Below the pieces are notes generated by a model, which did no database searches, had not been told where the DNA came from, and was given only the letters and a program-made list of their open reading frames with translations. Made by a program: the position numbers and the translations under genes. This document shows positions 13,093 to 24,994 of a stretch of DNA of 64,000 nt, one piece after another (within the stretch, counting starts at the first letter, position 1; each line of letters opens with the position of its first letter). This DNA is from Octopus vulgaris. Taxonomy: Eukaryota. The stretch lies in assembly GCA_951406725.2 (NCBI GenBank), contig OX597839.1, positions 9,982,001 to 10,046,000 on the forward strand, read 5' to 3'.

Positions 13093-14043
13093 GATTTATA
13101 GCCATGTAATGTGGGAGTGGAGAATATTATTGTAATCATCAAGAGGTACAGCTGGAACATCTCAGCTCATAGATTTGCTGAATCAGGACTGACTTGGGAC
13201 TAAACAAAGAAGAATATATTAGATAATATAGTCCGACATATACTAAGTCCAAGTAAAAGGAAAGAGGGTTATCATATATCTGTTGGATCAGAGCTGAGCT
13301 AGGTATAAACAAGATCCACATAAAATAATGTAGTCCAAGATACACTTGTCTGAATAAAAAATGGAATGTCATACATTTGCTGAATCAGGATTGATACGGG
13401 GCTAAACAAAAATGGACACATAAGATACACTGTGTCGGAATAAAAGACAGGATGGTCAGCACTGGAACATCCTTGATCATACGTTTGTTGGATTAGAACT
13501 AACATGGGTTTAATCATCAACAAGAAGGAAGGACGTATTAGGTAATTAATGTAGTCCCAGACACACTAAGTCTGAATAAAAGGACTGACATGGGTCTAAA
13601 TAACAAGTTTTTCAGACTCTCTTTTCTCTTTTACTTGTTTCAGTCATTTGACTGTGGCCATGCTGGAGCACCGCCTTTAGTCGAATCACATCGACCCCAG
13701 GACTTATTCTTTCTAAGCCTAGTACTTATTCTATCGGTCTCTTTTGCCAAACCGCTAAGTTACGGGGACGTAAACACACCAGCATCGGTTGTCAAGCGAT
13801 GTTGGGGAGACAAACACAGATACACAACATACACACACACACATATATACATATATACGACGGGCTTCTTTCAGTTTCCATCTACCAAATCCACTCACAA
13901 GGCTATAGTAGAAGACACTTGCCCAAGATGCCACGCAGTGGGACTGAACCCGGAACCATGTGGTTGGTAAGCAAGCTACTTACCACACAGCCACTCCTAC
14001 GCCTACTCCTACTATAACAGGTAATGGTACAAAATACACTTAC

Positions 14044-14956
14044 AATTGTTGCTGCCGTCATATATTTTAGAGATGTCGTTAGTGCTTCGGCTCTTTATGT
14101 GTCGTCTCAGGTTCATCTCACTGTTCTGTTTGCGTACTTCATTGCTGCCACCTCTTACGAAAATCTTCTCCTTGTTTCTTTCCTTACCATGTGAGAGACG
14201 TTTGTTGACAAAAGAGTTTGGAGAGTAAACATTGTTATACAACTGGTCTCTTTTCCTAAACAGAATCTCTTCGTCAGGGTCGTCTGAATATCCCCAATCT
14301 ACAGGCAAAGTGTCGTCATGGCTCTGGAAACTGAAGGTATTAAATATTTGATCGGTTGCGTCCATGTCCGAACTGTTATGCTGCCATACTGTATTAGGGT
14401 ACTCATCATTCTGCTGGCTTTTCTTTCTGGCATCACCTTGCAGCTTCCCACCCCCCAAAATATTAAGTTGCTCTCTCTTGATGGCTCTATGCTGCTGCCT
14501 GCTGCTCCTAAACACATCCTGTTCACTGCCCTTCTCTGATACATCTTTTTTCCGCTTCTTCTTACCATACGCATCATACGGCTTCTCACTTGGCCACAAC
14601 AACCCCGGCTGTCTTTGGACAGTCCAACCACACGGCTTCATTGCACTTTCCTTTCCGTTCTGCTTCGACATATACCAAGATGCATGCGGGCCTCTTCTCG
14701 CTCTAGCAGTACCCTGCTCTAAATATTGTTCCTCTACTTCTTCCACATCTCCCTCCTCATCTCCTTCCTCCTCCTCCTCTTCATCCTCCTCCTCCTCATC
14801 ATCATCTTCTTCCTTATTTCCACTCACAAATAAGCGACTCTTTTTTCTGCTAGCATTCTGTTGTCTCTTTGTTCCATCAATAATCTTTTTTGCTGTTCTG
14901 TGTCCAGCATCCCGTTGTCTGGCATTTACACTTTCTTTTACATTCTCATCAGTTTC
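14044..14956 (-). CDS. Uncharacterised gene, coding exon 9 (913 nt; acidic E/D tract, NLS-like KKKRKK)
   Basis: Contains most of the 271-aa ORF 14012..14827, extended in frame to the acceptor ttgtag before 14956. Donor T|gtaagt. Phases 0/1. Confidence 0.85.
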
Positions 14957-16358
14957 CTACAACGAGTACGTTAACAGAATATTAGATTAAGAGAATACTA
15001 TATTAACAGAATACTGAAATCACAGCAATCTATAAACATAACAGCAAACAATGTCAAAATCAACCACACATGATGTTTACACTTAATAGCTACATAGATA
15101 GAGTGGCTGGCATTAGGAAGGGCATCCAGCTGTAGAAACTCTGCCAGATCAGATTGGAGTCAGGTGCAGCCAGCTGGTTTGCCAGACCCCAGTCAAATCG
15201 TCCAACCCATGCTAGCATGGAAAGCAGACGTTAAACAATGCTGATGATCATAGATATTTTATGACAAGACATGTTTGCACTGAATGACTACACACATCGT
15301 GTTAACATTGAATGGCTACAACACAGCATATTTACACTTGATAACTTCACACTGTGTACACATTGCATACTTGTGTGTGTGTTGATGAGAGTTGGCAACA
15401 GGAAGGGCATCCAGCCATAGAAAATCCTACTTCAACATATTCCATCTGACCCTTGTATGCATGATAAAAGGGAAACTGAGATGATAATGGTAGTATTTGC
15501 ACTACTAACTACACACTGTTTTTACATTTAATAAATACACACTAATATCTATAAATCATGTTCACACATAAATAACCAAACCATGTGTCCACAATTAATA
15601 ACTACACACTCCTTTTGTGACTGTATAATTAAAATCTATACACCATGTCTATCAATCCAGGAAACATCTACACGTATTTTGTCTATATATCCAGTGAACA
15701 TCTACATACTCTCTGTTTGTCTACCTACCTAGTCAACATCTGTATACTGTGTATATCTATCCAGTCAGCATCTACATACTACATCTATCTATATATGTAT
15801 CACGTCAGCATCTATAAACTGTGTCTGTCTAATAAAAACCTACAAAGTATGTCTATCAGTTTCTCTATACACTCATCATCTACACTCTCTCTCTTTTACT
15901 CTTTTACTTGTTTCAGTCATTTGACTGCGGCCATGCTGGAGCACCGCCTTTAATCGAGCAACTTGACCCCGGGACTTATTCTTTTGTAAGCCCAGTACTT
16001 ATTCTATCGGTCTCTTTTGCCGAACCGCTAAGTAACGGGGACATAAACACACCAGCATCGGTTGTCAAGCAATGCCAGGGGGACAAACACAGACATACAC
16101 ATATATATATATACATATATACGATGGGCTTCTTTCAGTTTCCGTCTACCAAATCCACTCACAAGGCTTTGGTCGGACCGAGGCTATAGTAGAAGACACT
16201 TGCCCAAGGTGCCACGCAGTGGGACTGAACCTGGAACCATGTGGTTGGTAAACAAGCTACTTACCACACAGCCACTTTTGTGTTTGTCTACATAATAAGT
16301 CAACATCTACACATTGTCTTTCTGTCCGTTTGTCCAGTCAACAATTTACGCACTGTCT

Positions 16359-17492
16359 GTCTAGTTAAAAGCACATTAGACACTGTCTATCTAGTTAACC
16401 AATGTAGGGAGCAGATTTAATCAGTACGTAGATATTTTGAAAATATCTCACAGAGTGATGATTGTGTTCTGCATAGTTACAGGCAAGGCATAGCACCCAT
16501 TCAGTCACCTTGCCAGGGATGCAGCAAAATCATGGGACTGGAGCATGGCGGATTGTGAAGCGGTAGCAAAAGAGCTCAACTGAGCCAATGGTATTTCATA
16601 TATTGATGCTGAGCAAATGAATCCTAGAAAATCAATAGTCAGGATTACAAGCTCTATCAAGAGAGTAATTGCAACGCATCCATAGGGATGCCGTCTATGG
16701 TTGTGTAATCAGCAGATGAAATATTCACTATGACTCAAGCTCTCAACTCAAATTCATAATAATGGAATTGGATGACAAGAGTGAGTCATGGGAATCTGCG
16801 AAAGCAATGTGGCAGATTGTGAAGAGGCAGTAGAAGAGCCCAGCTGATGGTGAGTGGAGGAGTCCTAGAAGGTCAATGGTCAGTAATTGCAAAACATTCA
16901 TAGGGGTGACATCCATGGTTGAGTAATCAGCTAATGACAGATTCACCACAACTCGAGTTTCAAGAGTGAGTCATGGGAGTCTGCGAAAGCAGTGTGACAG
17001 ATTGTGAAGAGGCAGTGGAAGAGCCCAGCTGATGGTGAATGGAAGAGTCCTAGAAGGTCGATGGTTAGGATCACCAAGCTCTATTAAGAGAGTAACTGCA
17101 ATGCAGCCATAGAGGTGGCATCATTCGTTGTGCAATCAACAAATGAAATATTCACTTATGACTCAATCTCTGAATTCAAATTCATAATAATGGAACTGGA
17201 TGACAAGAGTGAGTCATGGGAATCTGCGAAAGCAGCGTGGCAGATTGTGAAGAGGCAGTTGAAGAGCCCAGCTGATGGTGAGTGGAGGAGTCCTAGAAGG
17301 TCAATGATCAGTAACTGCAACACATCCATAGGGGTGACATCCATGGTTGAGTAATCAGCTAATGACAGAATCACCACGACTCAAGTTTCAAATTCAAATT
17401 TATGAAAATGGAATTGGATGGCAACAGAGAGAGTCATGGGAATCTGCAAAAGCAGTGTGACCAAAGAAGAAGTCTAGTTAAAAGCACATTAG
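16359..17492. repeat. Degenerate tandem repeat (~190-240 bp units)
   Basis: gagtcatgggaatctgcgaaagca recurs at about 16782, 16968, 17211 and 17431. Confidence 0.75.
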
Positions 17493-17554
17493 TAAAATGT
17501 TTCTGAAAATCTCTAACATACCCGGGGAGAAGATTCCTCACATTAAGTTGTTAC

Positions 17555-17656
17555 CTGTCTGTTTTCATCTGTTGTTTCATGGACACCGATTCCATCAACA
17601 GTCTTCTCCGTGTTCTCATTGAAAGAATGCTTTATTTCTGATATTATAGAATCAAC
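17555..17656 (-). CDS. Uncharacterised gene, coding exon 8 (VDSIISEIK...DENRQ)
   Basis: ttgtag acceptor, CAG|gtaaca donor. 102 nt, phases 0/0. Confidence 0.8.
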
Positions 17657-18284
17657 CTACAACATGTAAACCAACAGGGAGTTGTCTAAGTCGACAACGC
17701 TTCACCACAATAACACAGAATTAATGTCATCCTCCTCCCTGATCCACCCTTATTTCCTTACTTCTCCCTCAAACTGATAATCCCTGCCTCCACCTCAATC
17801 CCCGTCTCTAATCATCTGTTACACACTTACCATGTTCTAGCACACTTGCCTACTTACTCACCCTTTTTTTCCCTCTAGCCCTATTCTCTCTCTCACTCAC
17901 AGACTGCTGCATGAAGATGTCATTTGACTTGGTTTCTATGACTGGATGCCTTTTCCATCATCAGCCACTTTCCAGAGCTTACTGGTGAGATTTCCTAGTG
18001 GCAATAAAGGGGATCACTAATCCCTACTTTACCTCTACTTTCACATCAATGTGTGGTGGGATGGAGTGAGGGCTGCCTGCCATGGTACCAGGAGACGGCC
18101 TGTATACTGTAGGGGTCAAGAATAGACTGTAACCTGAGATTTGTAGTTTCACTCAGGTGAGCAAGGAAAGGAATAGGAGAAAGAGAGAGATTGCTGAAAG
18201 CAGAATGGCCTGAAGCCAATGTCTGAAACATAAGGTTTTACCTGTACTAATTCTTGGAAAGTGTGGGACTGGCAGGGGGCACAG

Positions 18285-18718
18285 GGATCTTTTCGGTTTG
18301 AACGGCAGTTTTTTCTAGTGGTGTCATATGAAATTGTCACCCATAATTATGACCCTAGTATTGATCTATTGCATTTCAATCTGTTTTAGGGTTAGAGATA
18401 GTTAGGGTTAGAGTTAGGGTTAGGGTTGGGGGGACGGGTATCTTTTTTTCTTCACAAATGTAAATAAACCCAATCTGTTTCTTAAACGAGGGACATATTC
18501 ATACGGCACAGAATGTTCTTTAACTCAATAGACAATTTGATTGGTTGAAATTGCAGAAATTGAAGAAAAAAACAAATAGCTTACAAACTATAGAATTTTC
18601 TCAATAAAGCCAAGAGAAAAAGATATTTTATAAACACGTTCTACCAGCATACGAAGTTTAAAATTTTTTAGTTACCTAGAAATTATGTTAAAAACTGCCG
18701 TTCAATCCGAAAAGATTC
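18285..18718 (+). mobile_element. Merlin-like MITE
   Basis: Same TIRs, TSD gggcacag. Confidence 0.85.
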
Positions 18719-18833
18719 GGGCACAGGAAATAAAGTGAAAGTGTCAGCTATTAACAATATCATCAGGGTTATGGAAGGACATGGTAATCTTGGAGGTTAG
18801 AAATATTCATGACTTTGGATTATGACGTCTTAC

Positions 18834-18904
18834 CAATGCATCAGTGTCAATGTTGGGTTTTGTAGCACCATCTTCCAGTAACTTGGCAGCTTGGCTGACG
18901 AGAT
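18834..18904 (-). CDS. Uncharacterised gene, coding exon 7 (DLVSQAAKLLEDG...DAL)
   Basis: ttctgtattcag acceptor, gtaaga donor. 71 nt, phases 1/0. Confidence 0.8.
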
Positions 18905-19799
18905 CTGAATACAGAATATATGAGATATTTTAAATCAATTGTGGCTGCATGGTGTGTGTGTGTGTGTGTGTGTGTGTGTATTACTTTATCATTCAATGTA
19001 TTATTTTGTCTACATACTACTAAAACTCTGTAACTGCTTGCTTGTCTGTAATTTAATATAGCCAAACTGGTGCATAATGAGAAAATACAATGAAAATAAA
19101 GTACCCCTGAAATGTGAATGCAAATGGAATAAAACAAATTTTGCATAAATTGGACCATGGATTCCTGAGATAATGGAGTTTTTGGGGTTTGTTTCCACAA
19201 ATTTAAGCAGTGGAAGCTGGAGTTTTTTTGCCCTTTACTATGAACACCTGGATAGCTTTGTTGTCATAACTACAGATGTGTACCCCATTGAATTTGTTGC
19301 CTCATAACTTCCAGAAAAATGGATACTTTTTAATGAAATTTTCAACAAATATCTTTTAGATGCAGTGGATTCAGAGTTTATAGGGATTTATGGTAAAGAA
19401 ATTTTCCGAGAAGGGGAGAGGAGTTTCAGAAAAGAATATGTATGGGTTCACAACCACATAGTTCCAGTTTCAATCCCATTGCAGACACAATGGGTGTCTT
19501 TTATTGTAAGCTTTTGTCAAGCAATACCTTGTGAGTAAGTGGAATTTAATAAATGGAAATACATGTCTCACACACACACACACTCTCTCTCTCTCTCTCT
19601 CTCTCACACATACACAGACACACAAACACAGTTGTGTGTGTGTGTGTGTTTGTTTGTGGACTTTTAAATGTTGGTAGATGTTATGCTATGTGTGTCACGT
19701 CCCTTATATTTTCTGCAACCTAGCATCCTGACAAATAAGAAGTGACAAAATAAATAGCAACAAACTGAAACAAAATGGAAGCAAGGTTGATATGATTAA

Positions 19800-20020
19800 C
19801 CCTTTCGTTACTGTATTTATTTTGAGATGCTCTGTGTTTCTTTCAATTAATTTTAAATATAATAAAGAATTTAGTAAAATAACTTAGTTATCATTCAGCT
19901 GGTGTTAGGAACATAAATTGTGACTAAGGTTTGGTGGAGGATTTTAATTCAAAACTTATGAAAACAAAACATTTGTACTCAGAACCAGAGTCGGTTTCAG
20001 CCGGGCTGGAAATGAAAGGG
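19800..20020 (+). mobile_element. piggyBac-like MITE
   Basis: TTAA-CCCTTT...AAAGGG-TTAA. Confidence 0.8.
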
Positions 20021-20120
20021 TTAATCAAAATCCCCAGAAGGCAGTGCCCCAAAATAGCTTCAACCCATTAACTGAATCCAATATAAAAGATTACTGTAAA
20101 ACAATATATTAATAGCAGAC

Positions 20121-20238
20121 CTTCCAGTTTGATAGTTTGTTGGTGTATTACTGATGAAGGTAGATTATTATTTGTGCTGTGGATGGCCATTTCTTCTTGA
20201 TGGTGGGTCTGTTGGAGACCATCATCTGATACAGCAAG
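20121..20238 (-). CDS. Uncharacterised gene, coding exon 6 (LAVSDDG...TIKLE)
   Basis: tttttctgtctcag acceptor, AAG|gtctgc donor. 118 nt, phases 0/1. Confidence 0.75.
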
Positions 20239-20511
20239 CTGAGACAGAAAAATTTGAAAAATATTTAGTGGACAATTGATATTTAGTATTAAATAGTGAT
20301 GGTGATCATGATGATGATGATGATTATGACAATGATGGTGGTGGTAGTGATTATAATGTTATAATGATGATGGTGGTGGTGGTGGTGGTGGTAGTGATGA
20401 TAACGATGATGGTGGTGGTTGGTGATGATAATTGTGACGATGGTGGTTGTGGTGATGATGATGAATCTGTCAGTCATTAAAACAAAAGTATGGATGCTGA
20501 CAATTGCTTAC

Positions 20512-20588
20512 CAATGTAGTGTCTGTACTAGGCTCCTCTTGGTAAATTTCAACTTGACTTTTATATAGGACATGGGTCTGGTAAGGTT
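20512..20588 (-). CDS. Uncharacterised gene, coding exon 5 (EPYQTHVLYK...DTTL)
   Basis: ttctcttcaacag acceptor, gtaagc donor. 77 nt, phases 1/0. Confidence 0.8.
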
Positions 20589-21300
20589 CTGTTGAAGAGA
20601 AGTTAAAAATTAAGTATGGCATCATATCATATCTAGGAAATGGAAGTACATCAACTGATGTACGATATCTCTAACAGTGAAAAACATCAAAGGAGTGTAT
20701 GTAACTCAATGCAGAACAAATATCACAAGGAACACTTCCAGTTATGGTGTCTAGGTGATGAGACGTTGAATGTACAGCTCTGATGCTGAATTAAATAATC
20801 TACTTCTGATGAAAAAATGAGATCAAGGGGACAAAAATCCTGATCCAAACCAGTGGTTCCCAGTATAAAATCCTACCTAAATGGACCTAACGGTGTGATG
20901 GACACAGATTCGGTGGGGGACACAATCAGTGATTTGAAGTCAGCGGATGCCATGTTGATCTCGAATGATATCAAAGAATTCATTAACTTGCAAACAGTGG
21001 AAATCCTCAATGGTAGCTGTGGCAATGATGACAACCTCTGTAAAAGGGGACCTGGAACAACTGAACACTTTGGGTTGGACACTTTGACCAGAGCTGGCAA
21101 GCTGCACCAGGTTCCAGTCTGATTTGGCTTGGTGTCTACAACTGGATGCCCTCCCTAACACCAACCACTTTACACTATGGACTTGATGCTTTATAGGAGG
21201 CACCCGAGGCTATAGCAGAAGACACTTGCCCAAAGTGCCACACATTGACACTGGAACCATGTGGTTTGGAAGCAAACTACTTTGCGGGTGTTTGACTGAC

Positions 21301-21400
21301 CTTTATTTGGATCTGGCTGAATTGTTGACTCAACACGTGGTGGGGGAAGTGGTCGACGTTTTACTTCTTTCCAGGGTTCTGTTTGCAGCACATTGTAATC
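21301..21400 (-). CDS. Uncharacterised gene, coding exon 4 (DYNVLQTEPWKEVKRRPLPPPRV...)
   Basis: ttgcag acceptor, AAG|gtcagt donor. 100 nt, phases 0/1. Confidence 0.8.
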
Positions 21401-22082
21401 CTGCAATAACCAGCAGACCAGAATTCTTATATTGGTGGTGAGAATGACAAAGATGATAATGATGACGACTGAGGAGGGGTGTAGAAGAAAAATGAAGAGA
21501 AAGAGGAGGGTGGGAGGTAGAGCGATTGTAAGGGGAAGAGGAAGAGAGTAGGGGATAGATGTAAATGTAAGAGGAGAAGAGAGGGGAGACAGTGAGACAA
21601 TAGTAAAAATGAGGGATGATAGGGAAGAGAAGATGACAATAAAGGCAATGAAGAAGATGATGATCAAGCTTTTCAATGAATTCAAATATATTTGGTAAAT
21701 ATTTTCACTACAGTTCGCCATGGAGAAAAATTCTTGCTTTTGGCAAATGGTATAGGACACTAGAGCCCACTAGTTGGTCCCTTATGGACTAATGTATGCA
21801 CTTTGAGCTCCTAGTGTTTGTTTGTACGATTATCTTTAGATTATGCAATTATCTATATATATAAAACAAAGGATGTCTGTGTATATGTGTGTGTAATACA
21901 TATGCATTTCTACAGTTTTCAACCAATTTTCACCAAACTTTACACACACATTACTTATAAAAATGAACGATTCTGTCCAAATTGGTGAGCTAAATTCAAA
22001 TTGTTATTTATGCAAAGCTTTAACATTTACTCCACAAATGTTTTGTCATCAATGCTGCACTTTCCTGTATTCAACATGAATG

Positions 22083-22181
<99 letters not shown>

Positions 22182-22184
22182 CAC

Positions 22185-22237
<53 letters not shown>

Positions 22238-22480
22238 AACTATGTCGTTTTAATTTCAAGCAACACTGTGTATCTCTGCTAGTTATAAATAAGCATCACC
22301 ATCAGGCAAGTGATTTTGTCTGTTTCCAGTATTCCATGAAAATCGTGTCTGGCCATGGGGAGATGTTATCTTGCCTGAAAACAGATAAGGGTTGATGACA
22401 GGAAAGGCATCAGGCCATAGAAATATCTGCTTTGACAAAATTCCAACTAATTCATGTAATCATCAGAAAGTGGATGTTAA

Positions 22481-22700
22481 CCCTTTCATTACTGTATTTA
22501 TGTTGAGATGCTCTGTGTTTCTTTCAATTATTTTAAATACAACAAAGAATTTAGTAAAATAACTTAGTTATCATTAACCTAGTGTTAGGAATGTAAATTG
22601 TGACTAAGGCTTGGTGGAATATTTTAATTCAAAACTTATGAAAACAAGACATTTTACCACAGAGCCCGTGCCGGTTTCAGCCGGGTTGGTAACAAAAGGG
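22481..22700 (+). mobile_element. piggyBac-like MITE (same family)
   Basis: TTAA TSD, CCCTTT/AAAGGG ends, similar to 19800-20020. Confidence 0.8.
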
Positions 22701-22975
22701 TTAAATGGTGTTGGTGATGATAATGATGATAATGATAATGATGGCGATGGCAATGGTAGCTGTGGCAATGATGACAATGGTGATGATACTGACAGCAATG
22801 ATGAGGAAGAAGATGGGCTACATGAGATTCGTGTGTGAAAATTGTTGTTCTTCTCCTGAAATATGTGGACGTAGACAGTGAGAGAATGATGTGAATTCAG
22901 TGAGACATGTCACCTGCTCAGAGTGAAGAGGGAGGCAGACTGTGGTTGATAGTTAATTAAAGAAATGTTACATAC

Positions 22976-23013
22976 ATTATAGATAGCATCTTCGGAGGAA
23001 CTCATGCAGGAAA
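22976..23013 (-). CDS. Uncharacterised gene, coding exon 3 (38 nt, VSCMSSSEDAIYN)
   Basis: ttcctttcacag acceptor, gtatgt donor. Phases 1/0 fit both neighbours. Confidence 0.75.
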
Positions 23014-23320
23014 CTGTGAAAGGAAGAAAATGATTAAGGTATCAAGAGTTATTGAAGTTATTGTTATTGTTCAGGTCACTGCTTAGAATCGAACTCGGAA
23101 TCTTGGGATTAGTAGCCCGAGGGCATATGGTGTAGTGGTTAAGAGCGTGGGCTACTAACCCCAAGATTCCAAGTTCCCTACTTAAACATGGATATTCTAT
23201 TAGAACAAACTATACTGTGATAGTTAACATAAGAGAAACTCTCATATTGGCTTTTGGTGCAAAATGCATTCTTGTTTATATAGCTAGTGGGGAGAAAAAT
23301 CCTCACCATCTTAAGTGCCG

Positions 23321-23523
23321 AGACCACCAGATCGTGTGATTTTTACCACCCTTGGTCTGTCAGTGATAGATGCTCAAATGCTAGAAATAGTAGCAATTCA
23401 TCTCCTGGCCAGTGATACATAGACCACCAGATCGTGTGATTTCTACCACCCTTGGTCTGTCAGTGATAGATGCTCAAATGCTAGAAATAGTAGCAATTCA
23501 TCTCCTTGCCAGTGATATATAGA
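23321..23523. repeat. ~100-bp tandem duplication
   Basis: agaccaccagatcgtgtgat at 23321 and 23421. Confidence 0.85.
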
Positions 23524-23867
23524 AAAGCAGGGCCTGAAAAGGCGCTGTTGGTGTGATTAGCCACTGAGCTTGTTAAAAAATATATATTAGCAACACAGGT
23601 CTTGTCAATGGTGGATGCTCAACCACTAGAAATAACAGTGGTTCGTCTCCCAGCTGCTGATATATAGGACAGTACCAGAACAGGTGCTGGTACTGTGACT
23701 AGCTAGTGAGCTTGTTAAAAAAATATTTACGTGGTTGAACATGTCTGTTAGTGGGATATTGGTGGTGGTGGTGATTGTGATGGTGGAGATATTGTGGTGT
23801 TGGTATTTTGCATAGCAGGGATGTGTGGATGCTTATGATACCAGAAAGAACATTTTGTGTTGGTTAC

Positions 23868-24081
23868 CTTCTGAGAAAGTGTTGTCGGCATCATTGAAGT
23901 CCGGTAAGATCACACCTGAAGGATGAGAACCTGCTCCGTCGTACGGCTTCAGTCTTGTAGTAAGGCCCTCGCTAGACGCTGGCTGCATCTCAAACAAGTG
24001 TGCTCGTATATTCTTAGACATGGCTTCCATTGATGATATCATGCTCTCCATTTGGTTGATATCCTTCTCAAAATTCTGAAT
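23868..24081 (-). CDS. Uncharacterised gene, coding exon 2 (IQNFEKDINQMESM...NTFSE)
   Basis: Overlaps ORF 23833..24051. Donor AAG|gtaacc. The acceptor is weak (24081 or 24075, both in frame). Coiled-coil-like sequence. Confidence 0.75.
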
Positions 24082-24229
24082 CTATTTATTTCATTTTGTT
24101 GTTGTTATTTCAATGTCACCATGACAATCAGGCCAGCATGAAACAAACAAACAAACAAACAAAAAAGCCAGTAAGATATAACATCAACAACAACATCAAC
24201 AAGGACATTGTGAATTAACAGTTACAATG

Positions 24230-24653
24230 GGATCTTTTCGGTTTGAACGGCAGTTTTTTCTAGTGGTGTCATATGAAATTGTCACCCATAATTATGACCT
24301 TAGTATCGATCTATTGCATTTCAATCTGTTTTAGAGTTAGGGTTAGGGTTAGGGTGTGGGGAAGGGTATCTTTTTTTCTTCAGAAATGTAAATAAACCCA
24401 ATCTGTTTCTTAAACAAGGGACATATTCATACGGCACAGAATGTTTTCACCTCAATAGACGGTCATTGATTGGTTGAAATTGCAGAAATTGAAGGAAAAA
24501 AAACAACAAATATCTTACAAACTATAGAATTTTCTCAATAAAGCCAAGAGAAAAAGATGTTTTATAAACACATTCTACCAGTATACAAAGTTTAAAAGTG
24601 TTTAGTTACATGGAAATTATTTTTAAAAACTGCCATTCAAACCGAAAAGATCC
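24230..24653 (+). mobile_element. Merlin-like MITE
   Basis: Same TIRs, TSD ttacaatg/ttacgatg. Confidence 0.85.
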
Positions 24654-24994
24654 TTACGATGTTTATGTAAATGACACTACTACTACTACTACTACTACTA
24701 TGACAACAACAACGATGAGACACTATTACTATTTCTACTAATATTGGTTTCAAATTTTAGCACAAGACCAGCAGGTTTGAGGGAGGGACTTGATTACAAC
24801 CCCAGTGTTCAACTGGTACTTATTTTACTGATCCAGAAAGGAGGAAAGACAAAGTCGACCTTAGTGGAGTTTGAACTCGGAACATAGACAGATCAAATAC
24901 CACTAAGCATTTTGTGTTGCCTATCTGTTAATGATTCTGCTTGCTTGCCACCTTAATAACAACAACACCAATCGAAAGATCACCCTGACCCCTA

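Noticed and set aside
14364-14990. 208-aa plus-strand ORF
   Set aside because: Antisense shadow of the purine-rich minus-strand exon 9.
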